Source of the DNA: Acetobacterales bacterium
GTDB lineage: Bacteria; Pseudomonadota; Alphaproteobacteria; Acetobacterales; Acetobacteraceae
DNA: 29,737 nt
Reading direction: 5' to 3'
NCBI GenBank assembly: GCA_964201575.1
Contig: CAXNGD010000001.1
Location: 1 to 29,737, forward strand
How positions within the stretch are numbered: the stretch's first letter is position 1; each line of letters begins with the position of its first letter. This document shows positions 7,962-17,735 of the stretch, one piece after another. The notes under the pieces are model-generated. The model saw only the letters and a program-made list of their open reading frames with translations. It had not been told where the DNA came from and ran no database searches. The position numbers were made by a program, and so were the translations under genes.

Positions 7962-8669
7962 TCAGCCGGACTGCGCCATGGCCAGGTAGTTGACCGCCAG
8001 CCCGCCGCCAGCGCGCCAGCCACCGCGCAGCGGATCCGGGGCAAGGCCGGTGATGTCGGATAGCCGAAGCCCGGCGACGCGCATGCCGGCGCCAAGCTCG
8101 GCCGGCGTCAGAAAGCGGCGCCAGTCATGCGTGCCGGTGGGCAGCATCCGCAGCACGTATTCGGCGCCGAGGATGGCGGTGAGCCAGGACCGGCGGGTGC
8201 GGTTGAGGGTGGAGACGAACAGCAGCCCACCGGGTTCCAGCAGCTGGGCCAGGGTGCGCAGGAAGGCCGCCGGGTCGGCGACGTGCTCGATCACCTCCAG
8301 CGCGGTGATGGCGGGAAAGCGCAGACCTTCGGCCAACAGGCCCTCGGCCGCACCCAGGCGATAGGTCAGCGGCAGGTTTCCGCCTTCGGCATGGGCGCGC
8401 GCGGCGTCCAGCGGGTCGGCGGCAGCATCCATGCCGGTGACCTGGTGGCCCAGCCGCGCCAGCGCCTCGGCGGCCAGCCCGGCACCGCAGCCGACATCCA
8501 GCAGCCGGACCGGCGCGGGGAAGTGGCGGCGCAGGCGCTGGTCGATCCAGCCGATGCGGGCCGGGTTCATGCGGTGCAGCGGGCGCATCGGGCCCTGCGG
8601 GTCCCACCATGTGGAGGCCAGCGCGTTGAAGCGCGCGACTTCGGCGGTGTCGATCGAGCCTGTCTGCAT
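7962..8669 (-). CDS. ubiG: Ubiquinone biosynthesis O-methyltransferase
   Basis: EVARFNALASTWWDPQGPMRPLHRMNPARIGWI, LLDVGCGAGL, EVIEHVADP, STLNRT, GAEYVLRMLPTGTHDW. Start moved to ATG 8669. Confidence 0.95.
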   Translation of the reverse strand: MQTGSIDTAEVARFNALASTWWDPQGPMRPLHRMNPARIGWIDQRLRRHFPAPVRLLDVGCGAGLAAEALARLGHQVTGMDAAADPLDAARAHAEGGNLPLTYRLGAAEGLLAEGLRFPAITALEVIEHVADPAAFLRTLAQLLEPGGLLFVSTLNRTRRSWLTAILGAEYVLRMLPTGTHDWRRFLTPAELGAGMRVAGLRLSDITGLAPDPLRGGWRAGGGLAVNYLAMAQSG

Positions 8670-8848
8670 CTTCCTCGCCGCCTTGCGTTCTCGCCGACCG
8701 GCCGCCACGGGATGTGGTCCCGCGGCACGGCCCTGCAAGCGGTTGCCGAAATTCTAACCAAGCCACGCAGAATCCGCATTGCCCGATTGTTGCAGTGCCG
8801 CATTTTCGTGATGGCGGTGGCCCGGCGAACTGCCTATGTGACCTTACC

Positions 8849-9463
8849 ATGAAGATCATCAGCTGGAACCTGCTGCGCCTCGTTGGCGCGACGCCGGACG
8901 AGGTGGCCGCCCTTGTGGTGCGCGAGGCGCCGGACGTATTGCTGATGCAGGAGGCAACGCCGGCCATCGACGCCCTGCCTCGGCTGGTGGGCGGGCACTA
9001 CATGCGCCAATTGCAGCCCGGCCGGGTGCACGGGCTGGCGGTCTGGACCCGGCATCGCCCGATGGCCCGTCCGCGCGTGGTGACGCTGCCGCAGGGGGCG
9101 ATGTTCCGCCGCATCGGGCTGGTGCTGGATGTCGGCGACTTCGCCCTGGCCAATGTGCACCTCTCGCACGGCCAGGTGCTGAACCGGCGGCAGCTCTGGC
9201 GCATTGCCGCGGCGCTGCCGGAACGCGCGGCGGTGCTGGGCGATTTCAACCTCGTCGGCCCGTGCCTGGTTCCCGGTTTTCGCGATGTCGGCCCCCGCGA
9301 GCCGACGCACCGGGCGGCCGATGTGGTGCCGCTGCGCATCGACCGTTGCCTGGCGCGCGGACTGGACTGCTTCGCGCCCCAGGTTCTGGGTCGCGCCTCG
9401 TCGGATCACCACCCGATCGTGGTGAACCTCGTCTCTCAGGCGGCGATGGTGGCTGCCGCCTAG
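8849..9463 (+). CDS. Endonuclease/exonuclease/phosphatase (EEP) family protein
   Basis: MKIISWNL, DVLLMQE, NVHL, LGDFN, RIDR, SDHHPI: the complete EEP catalytic motif set. Start at ATG 8849. Confidence 0.88.
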   Translation: MKIISWNLLRLVGATPDEVAALVVREAPDVLLMQEATPAIDALPRLVGGHYMRQLQPGRVHGLAVWTRHRPMARPRVVTLPQGAMFRRIGLVLDVGDFALANVHLSHGQVLNRRQLWRIAAALPERAAVLGDFNLVGPCLVPGFRDVGPREPTHRAADVVPLRIDRCLARGLDCFAPQVLGRASSDHHPIVVNLVSQAAMVAAA

Positions 9464-9536
9464 GGTCCTGCCGGCGCCTGACCGTCCGGCCGTTCCGTTC
9501 CCGGGTGTGAGTGGCTGGATTGTGAGGGGGCGGTCG

Positions 9537-9565
9537 TTGACCCGGGGCGGGCGCGGTCCTATCTC
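9537..9565 (+). promoter_or_regulatory. Candidate secA promoter
   Basis: TTGACC, 17 nt, TATCTC (preceded by CC), about 55 nt before the secA start. Fits sigma70- or RpoH-type spacing; not validated. Confidence 0.4.
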
Positions 9566-9620
9566 ACCGGCTTGGCTGTTCGGCATTTGCTGACCGGCTG
9601 CTGCTGATTGTCCCGAAAGG

Positions 9621-12347
9621 GTGTTCATGTTTGCTGCCATTGCCCGCGCCATCTTCGGCAACGCCAACGACCGGTCGCTGAAGGCGTATCAGCGGCGGGT
9701 GCCGCAGATCAATGCGCTGGAGCCGGCCATGGAGGCGCTGTCCGACGAGGCGCTGAGCGCCAAGACGGTGGAGTTCCGCGGCTGGCTTGCGGCAGGGACG
9801 AAGCTCGAAGATCTGCTGCCGGAGGCGTTCGCGGTGGTGCGCGAGGGCAGCCGGCGGGTGCTGGGGATGCGGCATTTCGACGTGCAGATGATCGGCGGCA
9901 TGGTGCTGCACGACGGCAAGATCGCCGAGATGAAGACCGGCGAGGGCAAGACGCTGGTGGCCACGCTGCCGGTGTACCTGAACGCGCTGACGGGCGGCGG
10001 CGTGCATGTGGTGACCGTCAATGACTATCTCGCTGCGCGCGACGCGGAGTGGATGGGCGCACTTTACACCTTCCTCGGGTTGACCGTCGGCGTGATCGTG
10101 CATGGCATCGGCGAAGACCAGCGCCGTGCGGCGTATGGCGCCGACATCACCTATGGTACCAACAACGAGTTTGGCTTCGACTACCTGCGCGACAACATGA
10201 AGTATCGGCTGGAGGACATGGTCCAGCGCGATTTCGCCTATGCGATCGTGGATGAGGTGGACAGCATCCTGATCGACGAGGCGCGCACGCCGCTGATCAT
10301 CTCGGGGCCGGCGGAGGATTCCTCCGATCTCTACCGCAGCGTGAATGCGGTGATGGCAGAGTTCGTCAAGGACGCCAGCCAGTACGAGAAGGACGAGAAG
10401 TTCCGCACGGTGAACATGACCGAGGCGGGCAGCGAGGCGCTGGAGGAAATGCTGCGCCAGGCGGGCATCATCACCGAAGGCAATCTGTACGACACGTTCA
10501 ATGTGTCCATCCTGCATCACGCGCAGCAATCGCTGCGGGCGCACGCGTTGTTTGCCCGCGATGTCGACTACATCGTGCGCCAGGACAAGGTGGTGATCAT
10601 CGACGAGTTCACCGGGCGGATGATGGAAGGCCGGCGCTATTCGGAGGGGCTGCACCAGGCGTTGGAGGCCAAGGAGTTCGTCACCATCCAGGCCGAGAAC
10701 CAGACGCTCGCCTCGATCACCTTCCAGAACTACTTCCGGCTTTACCCGAAGCTGGCCGGCATGACCGGCACCGCGCTGACCGAGGCGGACGAGCTGGCGG
10801 AGATCTACAAGCTCGACGTGATTGACATCCCGACCAACGTGCTGGTGCTGCGCAAGGACAATGACGACGAGGTATACCGCTCGGCGGCGGAAAAATACGA
10901 GTCGGTGGCCAAGCTGATCGACGAGGCGCGCGGCCGCGGACAGCCGGTGTTGGTCGGCACGGTGAGCATCGAGAAATCCGAGCAGCTTTCGGCGCTTTTG
11001 AAGACGAAGAACGTGCCGCACCAGGTGCTGAATGCCCGTTTTCATGAGCAGGAGGCGCTGATCATCAGCCAGGCCGGAGCGCCGGGCGCGGTGACGATCG
11101 CTACCAACATGGCGGGCCGCGGGACGGACATCAAGCTGGGCGGCAATGTCGAGATGCGGGTCAAGCTGGAGCTGGCCGGCATCGAGGACGAGGCTGCGCG
11201 GGCGGCGAGGGAGGCGGCGATCCGGTCCGAGGTCTTGGCCAACCACGAAGTGGTGAAGGCGGCCGGCGGGCTGTTGGTGGTCGGCACCGAACGCCATGAG
11301 AGCCGGCGCATCGACAACCAGCTGCGCGGCCGGTCCGGACGCCAGGGCGACCCGGGCGGCAGCCGCTTCTTCCTGTCGCTGGAAGACGACCTTATGCGCA
11401 TCTTCGGCAGCGACCGCATGGGCGGGATGCTGCAGAAGCTGGGGCTGAAGGACGGCGAGGCGATCGTCCATCCGTGGATCAACAAGGCGCTGGAGAAGGC
11501 GCAGAAGAAGGTTGAGGCGCGCAACTTCGACACGCGCAAGAACGTGCTGCGCTATGACGACGTGATGAACAACCAGCGCAAGGAAGTCTATGCCCAGCGC
11601 CGCGAGTTCATGCGCGCTGAGGATGTGAGCGAGACCGTCGGCGACATGCGCGCCGAAGTCATCTCCGGGATGGTGACGCTGCGGATTCCCGAGAAGGCCT
11701 ATGCCGAGCAGTGGCAATCCGCGGAGCTGGCCGCCGATGTGCAGCGGGTCTTCGGCCTTGACCTGCCGATTGTCGAGTGGGCGCGCGAGGAGGGGATCGA
11801 CGAGAGCGGGATCCGCGAACGGATCGAGCGGGCGACCGGCGAGCTGATGGCGGCAAAGGCGGCGAATTTCGGCCCGGAGACGATGCGCTTCGTGGAGAAG
11901 AGCCTGCTGCTGCAGCTGCTGGACCGGGTTTGGAAGGAGCATCTGTTGGCGCTGGACCATCTGCGCCAGGGCATCGGGCTGCGCGCCTATGGCCAGCGCG
12001 ATCCGCTGAACGAATACAAGTCCGAGGCGTTCACCCTGTTCAACGCGATGCTGGACGAGCTGAAGGAGCAGGTGACGAGCTTCCTGTCGCGGGTGGATTT
12101 GACGCCGCAGGCGCCGGAGCCGGCGATGTACCAGACCTATCAGGAGAGCCACCCGGCGCCGGATGCGCCGGTGGACGGGTATGAGTCCGGGGTGGAGAAC
12201 ATGCCGACGAGAGTCACCTCGGGGCCGCTGCGGGCGTCGGCGGTGGATCCCAACGATCCCAGCACCTGGGGCGGGACGTCGCGCAATGCGCCTTGCCCGT
12301 GTGGGAGCGGAAAGAAGTTCAAGCACTGTCACGGACGCAATATGTAG
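9621..12347 (+). CDS. secA: Preprotein translocase subunit SecA
   Basis: [65 protein letters not shown], and C-terminal SEC-C motif [13 protein letters not shown]. Start is GTG 9621 or ATG 9627. Confidence 0.98.
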   Translation: MFMFAAIARAIFGNANDRSLKAYQRRVPQINALEPAMEALSDEALSAKTVEFRGWLAAGTKLEDLLPEAFAVVREGSRRVLGMRHFDVQMIGGMVLHDGKIAEMKTGEGKTLVATLPVYLNALTGGGVHVVTVNDYLAARDAEWMGALYTFLGLTVGVIVHGIGEDQRRAAYGADITYGTNNEFGFDYLRDNMKYRLEDMVQRDFAYAIVDEVDSILIDEARTPLIISGPAEDSSDLYRSVNAVMAEFVKDASQYEKDEKFRTVNMTEAGSEALEEMLRQAGIITEGNLYDTFNVSILHHAQQSLRAHALFARDVDYIVRQDKVVIIDEFTGRMMEGRRYSEGLHQALEAKEFVTIQAENQTLASITFQNYFRLYPKLAGMTGTALTEADELAEIYKLDVIDIPTNVLVLRKDNDDEVYRSAAEKYESVAKLIDEARGRGQPVLVGTVSIEKSEQLSALLKTKNVPHQVLNARFHEQEALIISQAGAPGAVTIATNMAGRGTDIKLGGNVEMRVKLELAGIEDEAARAAREAAIRSEVLANHEVVKAAGGLLVVGTERHESRRIDNQLRGRSGRQGDPGGSRFFLSLEDDLMRIFGSDRMGGMLQKLGLKDGEAIVHPWINKALEKAQKKVEARNFDTRKNVLRYDDVMNNQRKEVYAQRREFMRAEDVSETVGDMRAEVISGMVTLRIPEKAYAEQWQSAELAADVQRVFGLDLPIVEWAREEGIDESGIRERIERATGELMAAKAANFGPETMRFVEKSLLLQLLDRVWKEHLLALDHLRQGIGLRAYGQRDPLNEYKSEAFTLFNAMLDELKEQVTSFLSRVDLTPQAPEPAMYQTYQESHPAPDAPVDGYESGVENMPTRVTSGPLRASAVDPNDPSTWGGTSRNAPCPCGSGKKFKHCHGRNM

Positions 12348-12524
12348 GCGGGAAGAAAGCGGTTCTTTTTTGAAAAAAGAACCAAAAAAAATTTTTATCC
12401 GTTTGCCTGTTGTCGACATCACTGGCGGACTGAGTCCTCCCCCTCTCGGGTGCTATCCGGAGGGGCGAATGGGCAAAGTTTTTTTGCTTCTTTTTGTTCA
12501 CAAAAAGAAGATTCTTCCTTCCGC
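12348..12524. repeat. AT-rich multi-hairpin intergenic repeat, copy 3 (complete)
   Basis: GGTTCTTTTTTGAAAAAAGAACC (12361-12383), inner imperfect IR tttatccgtttgcc / ggcgaatgggcaaa, a central hairpin, and right hairpin 12487-12510 identical to 127-150. Confidence 0.9.
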
Positions 12525-12586
12525 TTGACACTGCTGGCGCGCTGCGGTGGGGTCCGGTTGGGGTGTCCAAGACACGGAGTGTTGCC

Positions 12587-13654
12587 ATGAATCGCACCGC
12601 AATTGTCGGACCGAGTGCCTGGATCGGGGCCGAGCTTGCCGCAAGTGGGGACTGGGTGCGTCGCTTCGATGATGGGCACCTGGCGGAGATCGACGCGGCG
12701 CTGGCCCAGGTGAAGCGGGGCGGCGGCGGGGCCATAGGGTTTGCGCGCGAGGCATTTCCGCTCGATCGCGCGGCTTCGTTGCTGGCTGATGTCTCTGACG
12801 AGTTGGAGAACGGGCGCGGGGCGGTGAGGCTGCGCGGCCTGCCGGTGGAGCAGTATTCAAACGATGATCTGTGGCGGATCTTCTGGGGCATCGGGCGGCA
12901 TCTGGGCACGGCACTGTTCCAAAATGCGCGCGGCGAGGCGATGGGCGAAGTGCGCGACGAGACCAAGGTCGCCGAGAAGACGTTTGATCCCACCGAGGAG
13001 GGCCGCGTTGCCTCGGCGCGGGGGCGGTCGCGCTCGACCGGGCCGCTGCGTTGGCATACCGACCGGTGCGATGTGATTGCGCTGTTGTGCGTGCGCAATG
13101 CGATGGAGGGCGGCGTTTCGAAGCTGGCGTCGATCCCGGCGATCTACAACACGATCCTGGCGCGCCGGCCTGACCTTTTGGAACTTCTGTGCCAGGATTA
13201 CTGGCGCTCGCGTCCGGCCGATGAGGATGGCCGGCCCGGCGGCAATGTGTTCGCCATGCCGGTGTTCGGTTTCACCGGTGGCAGGATCACCAGCCAGTAC
13301 TCCCGCACCTATGTGGAACAGGCGCAGGAGGTGGCCGGCGTGCCGAAGCTGAGTGCTGCGCAGAACGAGGCGCTGGACATGTTGGCGGCGGTGGCGGAGG
13401 AGCAGTGTTTGCACTCGGCGTTCGAGGCTGGCGACATCCAGTTGCTGAACAACCACCTCGTCTATCACGGCCGCACCGCCTATGCCGACGACGCGCCTTC
13501 GGGCCGCGACCGGCTCCTGTTGCGGCTGTGGCTCGCCACCCCGAATAGCCGGCGACTGCCGGACGGGTTCGAGACGCTGTGGGGGGATATCGCCGCGGGC
13601 GCGGTTCGCGGCGGCGTGGTGCAGCTGGAATCAGGCGCGCGGATCGCGGCGTGA
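12587..13654 (+). CDS. TauD/TfdA-family Fe(II)/2-oxoglutarate dioxygenase
   Basis: Facial triad motif WHTD...YHGR, LRGLP, LGTALFQN, VIALLCVR, GDIQLLNN. GGAG SD before ATG 12587. Confidence 0.88.
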   Translation: MNRTAIVGPSAWIGAELAASGDWVRRFDDGHLAEIDAALAQVKRGGGGAIGFAREAFPLDRAASLLADVSDELENGRGAVRLRGLPVEQYSNDDLWRIFWGIGRHLGTALFQNARGEAMGEVRDETKVAEKTFDPTEEGRVASARGRSRSTGPLRWHTDRCDVIALLCVRNAMEGGVSKLASIPAIYNTILARRPDLLELLCQDYWRSRPADEDGRPGGNVFAMPVFGFTGGRITSQYSRTYVEQAQEVAGVPKLSAAQNEALDMLAAVAEEQCLHSAFEAGDIQLLNNHLVYHGRTAYADDAPSGRDRLLLRLWLATPNSRRLPDGFETLWGDIAAGAVRGGVVQLESGARIAA

Positions 13655-14418
13655 CGGCAGGGTTTGCGCCCGAGGCGCGGGCGGTCGGTCGGTCGCTGCG
13701 CATCTATCACGCGCCAGGCCGGGCGCCGGTGCTGGACGCATTCTACCGGCGGTTCCTTTCGCCCGGGGACCTCGCCTTCGATATCGGCGCCCATGCCGGC
13801 GATCGCACCGCGTGCTTCCGGCGGCTTGGCGCGCGGGTGGTGGCGGTGGAGCCGCAGCCGGCATTGCAGCGCCTGTTGCGCCGCCTGTTCGGCAAGGACC
13901 CCGAGGTTGCGCGCATGGCAGCCCTGGTCGGGGCCACGGTCGGCACCGCAACCTTATGGATCAATCGGCGCAACCCGACGATCTCAACCGCCAGCGCCGA
14001 TTTCATTGCCGCGACTGGTGGCGCCGAGGGCTGGGAAGGCCAGGCGTGGGACCAGCAACTGGACCGTCCGGTGACCACGCTGGACGCGCTTGCCGCAGCA
14101 CATGGCAGGCCGGACTTTGCCAAGATCGATATTGAGGGATACGAGGCGGTGGCGCTGCGCGGCCTGTCCTTCGCGCCGCGGGCGCTGTCATTCGAATTCA
14201 CCACGATCCAGCGCGACGTGGCGCTGGAATGCCTGAAGCTGCTCGCCGCCCTGGGGTATCGCGACTTCAATGTGAGCCTTGGCGAGTCCATGGTCTTCGC
14301 GCATCCGGCGCCGCTCGATGCGCAAGCTTTGGCGGCCTATCTGACCGCCCTGCCGCATGCCGCGAATTCCGGCGACGTCTATGCCAGCACCGAGCCCGGG
14401 CGGCTCACATCAAACTGA
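13651..14418 (+). CDS. FkbM-family methyltransferase
   Basis: FDIGAHAG, VVAVEPQP, TTLD, KIDIEGYE. The GTG start overlaps the dioxygenase stop (GTGA, 13651-13654). Confidence 0.88.
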   Translation: MTAGFAPEARAVGRSLRIYHAPGRAPVLDAFYRRFLSPGDLAFDIGAHAGDRTACFRRLGARVVAVEPQPALQRLLRRLFGKDPEVARMAALVGATVGTATLWINRRNPTISTASADFIAATGGAEGWEGQAWDQQLDRPVTTLDALAAAHGRPDFAKIDIEGYEAVALRGLSFAPRALSFEFTTIQRDVALECLKLLAALGYRDFNVSLGESMVFAHPAPLDAQALAAYLTALPHAANSGDVYASTEPGRLTSN

Positions 14419-14431
14419 GCCGGCGCGGCTT

Positions 14432-14980
14432 CTATCCCGGCCGCGCGGCGTTCGCCTCCAGCAGCATCAACAGACCTTCCAGCACCTCGCCGGGGGTGGG
14501 CGGGCAGCCGCGGATGACGAGATCGACCGGAAGGGTAGTGTCAACGCCACCAGCCACGGCATAGCTGCCCTTGAACACGCCGCCATCGATGGCGCAATCG
14601 CCGATCGCCACGACGAAGCGCGGGTCCGGCGCCGCCTCCCAGGCCCGTTGCAGCGCTGGCTGGAGGGTGCGGGTGACCGGGCCGGTGACGAGCAGCACGT
14701 CGGCCTGGCGCGGGCTGTCAACGAAGCGCAGGCCGAAGCGGGCGAGGTCATAGGCCACGTCGCGAATGGCGCGCAGTTCCAGCTCGCAACCGCCGCAACT
14801 GCCGGGATCCAGCGCATGCAGGGCCAGGCCGCGGCCGAGGCGCCGTATCCCGGCGGCGTCCAGCCGGGCGGCGAGATCGCGGATGCCAGCCTCGTCGACC
14901 GGCGGAATCGGCCCGGCGGCCGGACGGTCGCGCAGATGGCGCCAGGCGCTGTGCCAGGGCGAAAGAACACGGTCGCTCAC
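14432..14980 (-). CDS. Ehr/hydrogenase-4-like small subunit (HycG/NuoB family, 4Fe-4S)
   Basis: GSCGGCE, SPRQADVLLVTGPVT, VVAIGDCA, VDLVIRGCPPTP: all four Fe-S cysteines are present. Confidence 0.9.
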   Translation of the reverse strand: MSDRVLSPWHSAWRHLRDRPAAGPIPPVDEAGIRDLAARLDAAGIRRLGRGLALHALDPGSCGGCELELRAIRDVAYDLARFGLRFVDSPRQADVLLVTGPVTRTLQPALQRAWEAAPDPRFVVAIGDCAIDGGVFKGSYAVAGGVDTTLPVDLVIRGCPPTPGEVLEGLLMLLEANAARPG

Positions 14981-16452
14981 AGATCCATCCCCGCATGCGA
15001 GAGGCCGAAGGAGGCACGCCCGGCCGCCCAGTCTGACAAGTCGGTGCCGGCCATTGCCGCTTCGAGCAGCGGCAGCGTCAGCCAGCCGGGATCGCGCAGG
15101 AACACATTGGCGATCTGGCCGCCATCCAGCCGCAGCCAGGTCCAGATGTCGCCGCGCGGTCCCTCGGCCCAGCCGAAGCCCTCGCCGGAGGCCTGTGGCA
15201 AGGCTGCGATGATCTCGCCGTCCGGCAGTTCGGCCAGCAGGGTGCGCACCATGCGTGCAGAGTCCCGCAACTCCGCCAACAGGACCAGAAGGCGGGCGGC
15301 GGCGTCGCCAGCCTGCTCGCGCACCGGCGATACGTTGAGGTCTTGGTACGGCCGGTAGCCAGGGCTGCGGCGCAGGTCGCTATCGGCGCCGCTGGCGCGG
15401 CCGGCCGGACCGCCGGTCGCCAGGGCCGCGGCCGCGATGGGTGTTGCGACTGCAACCCCGTCCAAGCGGCGCGCCAACACCTCGCATAGCCGTGCGATCG
15501 CCGGCAATTCGTGGCCAAGTGCGGCGATCGCGATGCGCAATGCGTCCTCGCCGTCCGCGGCCAAGTCGGTGGCGATGCCGCCGGGCACGACGCTGTCCAT
15601 CATCAGCCGGTGGCTGAAACCGCGCTGGGCGGCGCGCAGGATGGCCTCGCGATGGCGCTGGCATGGCGTGCCAGCAAGCGGGGCGCCGCCAGCCTGGGCC
15701 AGCGCGTCGATATCGGCGAGATGGCTCGCGATCCGCTCAAGCTCCGCCATGACGGCACGCAGCGCCAGCGCCCGTGGCGGCGGCGGCGTGTCGCAGGCGG
15801 CCTCAGCCGCGCGGGCGAAGGCGATGCTGTGCGCGACCGATGCGTCGCCGGCCAGCCTGGCGGCGAAGCGGCTGGCGGCGCGCGGCGATTTGCCGCGCAT
15901 CAGGGCGGGGATGCCCTTGTGCAGATAGCCCAGCCGCGACTCCATCTGGACAATCTCGGGCCCGCGGGTGAACAGGCGGAACTGGCCGGCCTCGGCGATC
16001 CCGCCGGCGAAGGGGCCGATCGGCACCTGGTCCAACGTCTCATCGGCGGCCAGGAACGTCACCGGCGGTGCCGCGCCGATGCGGGATGGCGGGCGTGCGG
16101 CCAGCGGGGCGGTGACATCCCACCTGCCATGGTCCAGCCAGGGCCGCTCGTCGGTGGCATCGGTTGCGGCATGGCCCCAGAGATCGTGGATCGCACGCTC
16201 GAACAGGCGCGCGCCGGGACGCCAGGGCGAAAGCGCGGGATAGCGCCCGTCGGCCACCGTGACCGTAACCGCGAGCATGCCGGCGGGCTCGCGCAACAGG
16301 GCGTGCACCGCATGGCTGTCGCCCCACATGGCCAACAGCGCCAGGTTCGGCTCGGCGCCCAGCGCGCGCCATTGTTCGGGCGAGAGCACATGGCGCAACC
16401 AGGGGCGGCACGGAATGCCGGGCGTGGCGCGAATCGCGGCGGCGAGGCTCAT
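14977..16452 (-). CDS. Ehr large subunit (HycE-like NuoC+NuoD fusion) lacking Ni-Fe-binding cysteines
   Basis: RLGYLHKGI, ELERIASHL, HRLMMDSVVPGG, EGPRGD, RDPGW. RLAGDASVAH stands where hydrogenases have RxCGxC, and the C-terminal SFGLSHAGMDL where they have DPCxxC. Start moved to ATG 16452 (ATGA overlap). Confidence 0.88.
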   Translation of the reverse strand: MSLAAAIRATPGIPCRPWLRHVLSPEQWRALGAEPNLALLAMWGDSHAVHALLREPAGMLAVTVTVADGRYPALSPWRPGARLFERAIHDLWGHAATDATDERPWLDHGRWDVTAPLAARPPSRIGAAPPVTFLAADETLDQVPIGPFAGGIAEAGQFRLFTRGPEIVQMESRLGYLHKGIPALMRGKSPRAASRFAARLAGDASVAHSIAFARAAEAACDTPPPPRALALRAVMAELERIASHLADIDALAQAGGAPLAGTPCQRHREAILRAAQRGFSHRLMMDSVVPGGIATDLAADGEDALRIAIAALGHELPAIARLCEVLARRLDGVAVATPIAAAALATGGPAGRASGADSDLRRSPGYRPYQDLNVSPVREQAGDAAARLLVLLAELRDSARMVRTLLAELPDGEIIAALPQASGEGFGWAEGPRGDIWTWLRLDGGQIANVFLRDPGWLTLPLLEAAMAGTDLSDWAAGRASFGLSHAGMDL

Positions 16453-17735
16453 CGCAGCCCCGCCGTCAGCCCGACAAACCAGCGCGCGGCCTGCGGCAAC
16501 AGCCCGGCGAGCAGCGCCAGCGTCAACAAGACAAGGGACGGGATCTCGTCCACGCGGCGCAACACCGGCGCTTGCCAAGCCGACAGCGCCGCCCGCACCA
16601 GGCCGGCCGCGGCGGCGGCCATCGTCGCCGCCAAGGGGATCGCCAGCCAGGGCGCCCCATCAACCGTCTCGCTGATCACGACAAGGCCGGCACCGAAGGT
16701 GGCGAAGGGCGGCAGCATCGCCAGGGCGGCCAGCAGGAGGGCGCGCGAACGACCACCTTCCGAACTCACCGGCGCTATCAGGACTGCGCAACTCAACAAC
16801 AACAGGCCCGCTGCATCGGCGGTCCCGGTGCCCAACCCGAACGCCAGTACGGCCAGTCCGGCATGCATCAACGACGCCGCGGGCACAATCGCCGCGCCCC
16901 GCCACAGCCCCAGCGCAGCCCAGCTAAGGCTCGCCAGCCCCAGCACCAGCAAGGCCGGCCCCGGCGCCAACGCGTCCGGGTGCGACCCCACGATGTCGCG
17001 CCCGCGTAGGACCATGCCCAGCGCCACGGCACCAAGGGCGGGCACAAGGGCGGCGGCCATCGCATTGCCGCGCCCGGCCGCGCTCTGCCAGCCATGCAGT
17101 GGTGCCAGCCCGGCACAGGCGGCCAATCCCGCCAGCATCAGGAGGTAGCCCAGCGACAGCAGCGCCGCCGGAAGCGTCGCGGCGGCCGTGGCAAGCAGGT
17201 CCCAGCGCATGGCGCCGGAACCGAGCGAGGGCATCCCGGCGCGATACAGCAAGAGCCCGCCCATCAGCGTCAACGCCAGTGCGACCAGGATCGTCGCCAG
17301 CGACCGCCACAGCGCGGCACCGCGCAGATCGTGCGCGACCATCAGGCCGAGCACCGCCACCTCCAGCCCGATCCAGCCCAGCAGGAGGTTGTTCGCCAGC
17401 GCTGCCAGCGCGATCCCGGCCAGGACCGCAAGCGCCTGTGCCGCCCGCCGCCCGGTCATCGTCGCTCGGTCGCGCCAGGCGGCGAGCAGGCCGGACGCCA
17501 CCGCCAGGACCGCCAGATGCGCGGCCAGCGGATCGACGCGCAGCAGCGCGCCGGCGCCGGACGGCCCGCCGATCTGAAAAGCCAGCGCCAGCGCCAAAGC
17601 CAGCGTCAGTGCCAAAGCCAGCGTCAGCGCCATCGCCGCGCATGTCCCCCACGCAACAGCCTTGCCGCGCGCGAAACCAAGCCCCGCCGCCGCCGCCGGC
17701 AGCGCCACCACCAGCCATGGGACAATGCCGCTCAC
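16449..17735 (-). CDS. HyfF-like antiporter-like membrane subunit (divergent)
   Basis: Highly hydrophobic. LRVDPLA, ANNLLLGWIGLE, GLAPLHGW, MLPPFATF. GTG 17735 overlaps the upstream stop. The track's 638-aa version has a spurious N-terminal extension. Confidence 0.8.
   Translation of the reverse strand: MSGIVPWLVVALPAAAAGLGFARGKAVAWGTCAAMALTLALALTLALALALAFQIGGPSGAGALLRVDPLAAHLAVLAVASGLLAAWRDRATMTGRRAAQALAVLAGIALAALANNLLLGWIGLEVAVLGLMVAHDLRGAALWRSLATILVALALTLMGGLLLYRAGMPSLGSGAMRWDLLATAAATLPAALLSLGYLLMLAGLAACAGLAPLHGWQSAAGRGNAMAAALVPALGAVALGMVLRGRDIVGSHPDALAPGPALLVLGLASLSWAALGLWRGAAIVPAASLMHAGLAVLAFGLGTGTADAAGLLLLSCAVLIAPVSSEGGRSRALLLAALAMLPPFATFGAGLVVISETVDGAPWLAIPLAATMAAAAAGLVRAALSAWQAPVLRRVDEIPSLVLLTLALLAGLLPQAARWFVGLTAGLR

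Noticed and set aside
127-12524. AT-rich repeats as a CRISPR array or as simple rho-independent terminators
   Set aside because: The copies are kilobases apart with no spacer periodicity and no cas genes. The A/T tracts are the stems themselves and the unit has several nested hairpins, unlike a GC-stem plus U-tail terminator. A terminator role is not excluded.
13940-13970. dif site near the skew change
   Set aside because: The TTATG at about 13954 lacks a XerC-type left arm, and the other CATAA/TTATG hits I checked also do not fit the 28-bp dif layout.
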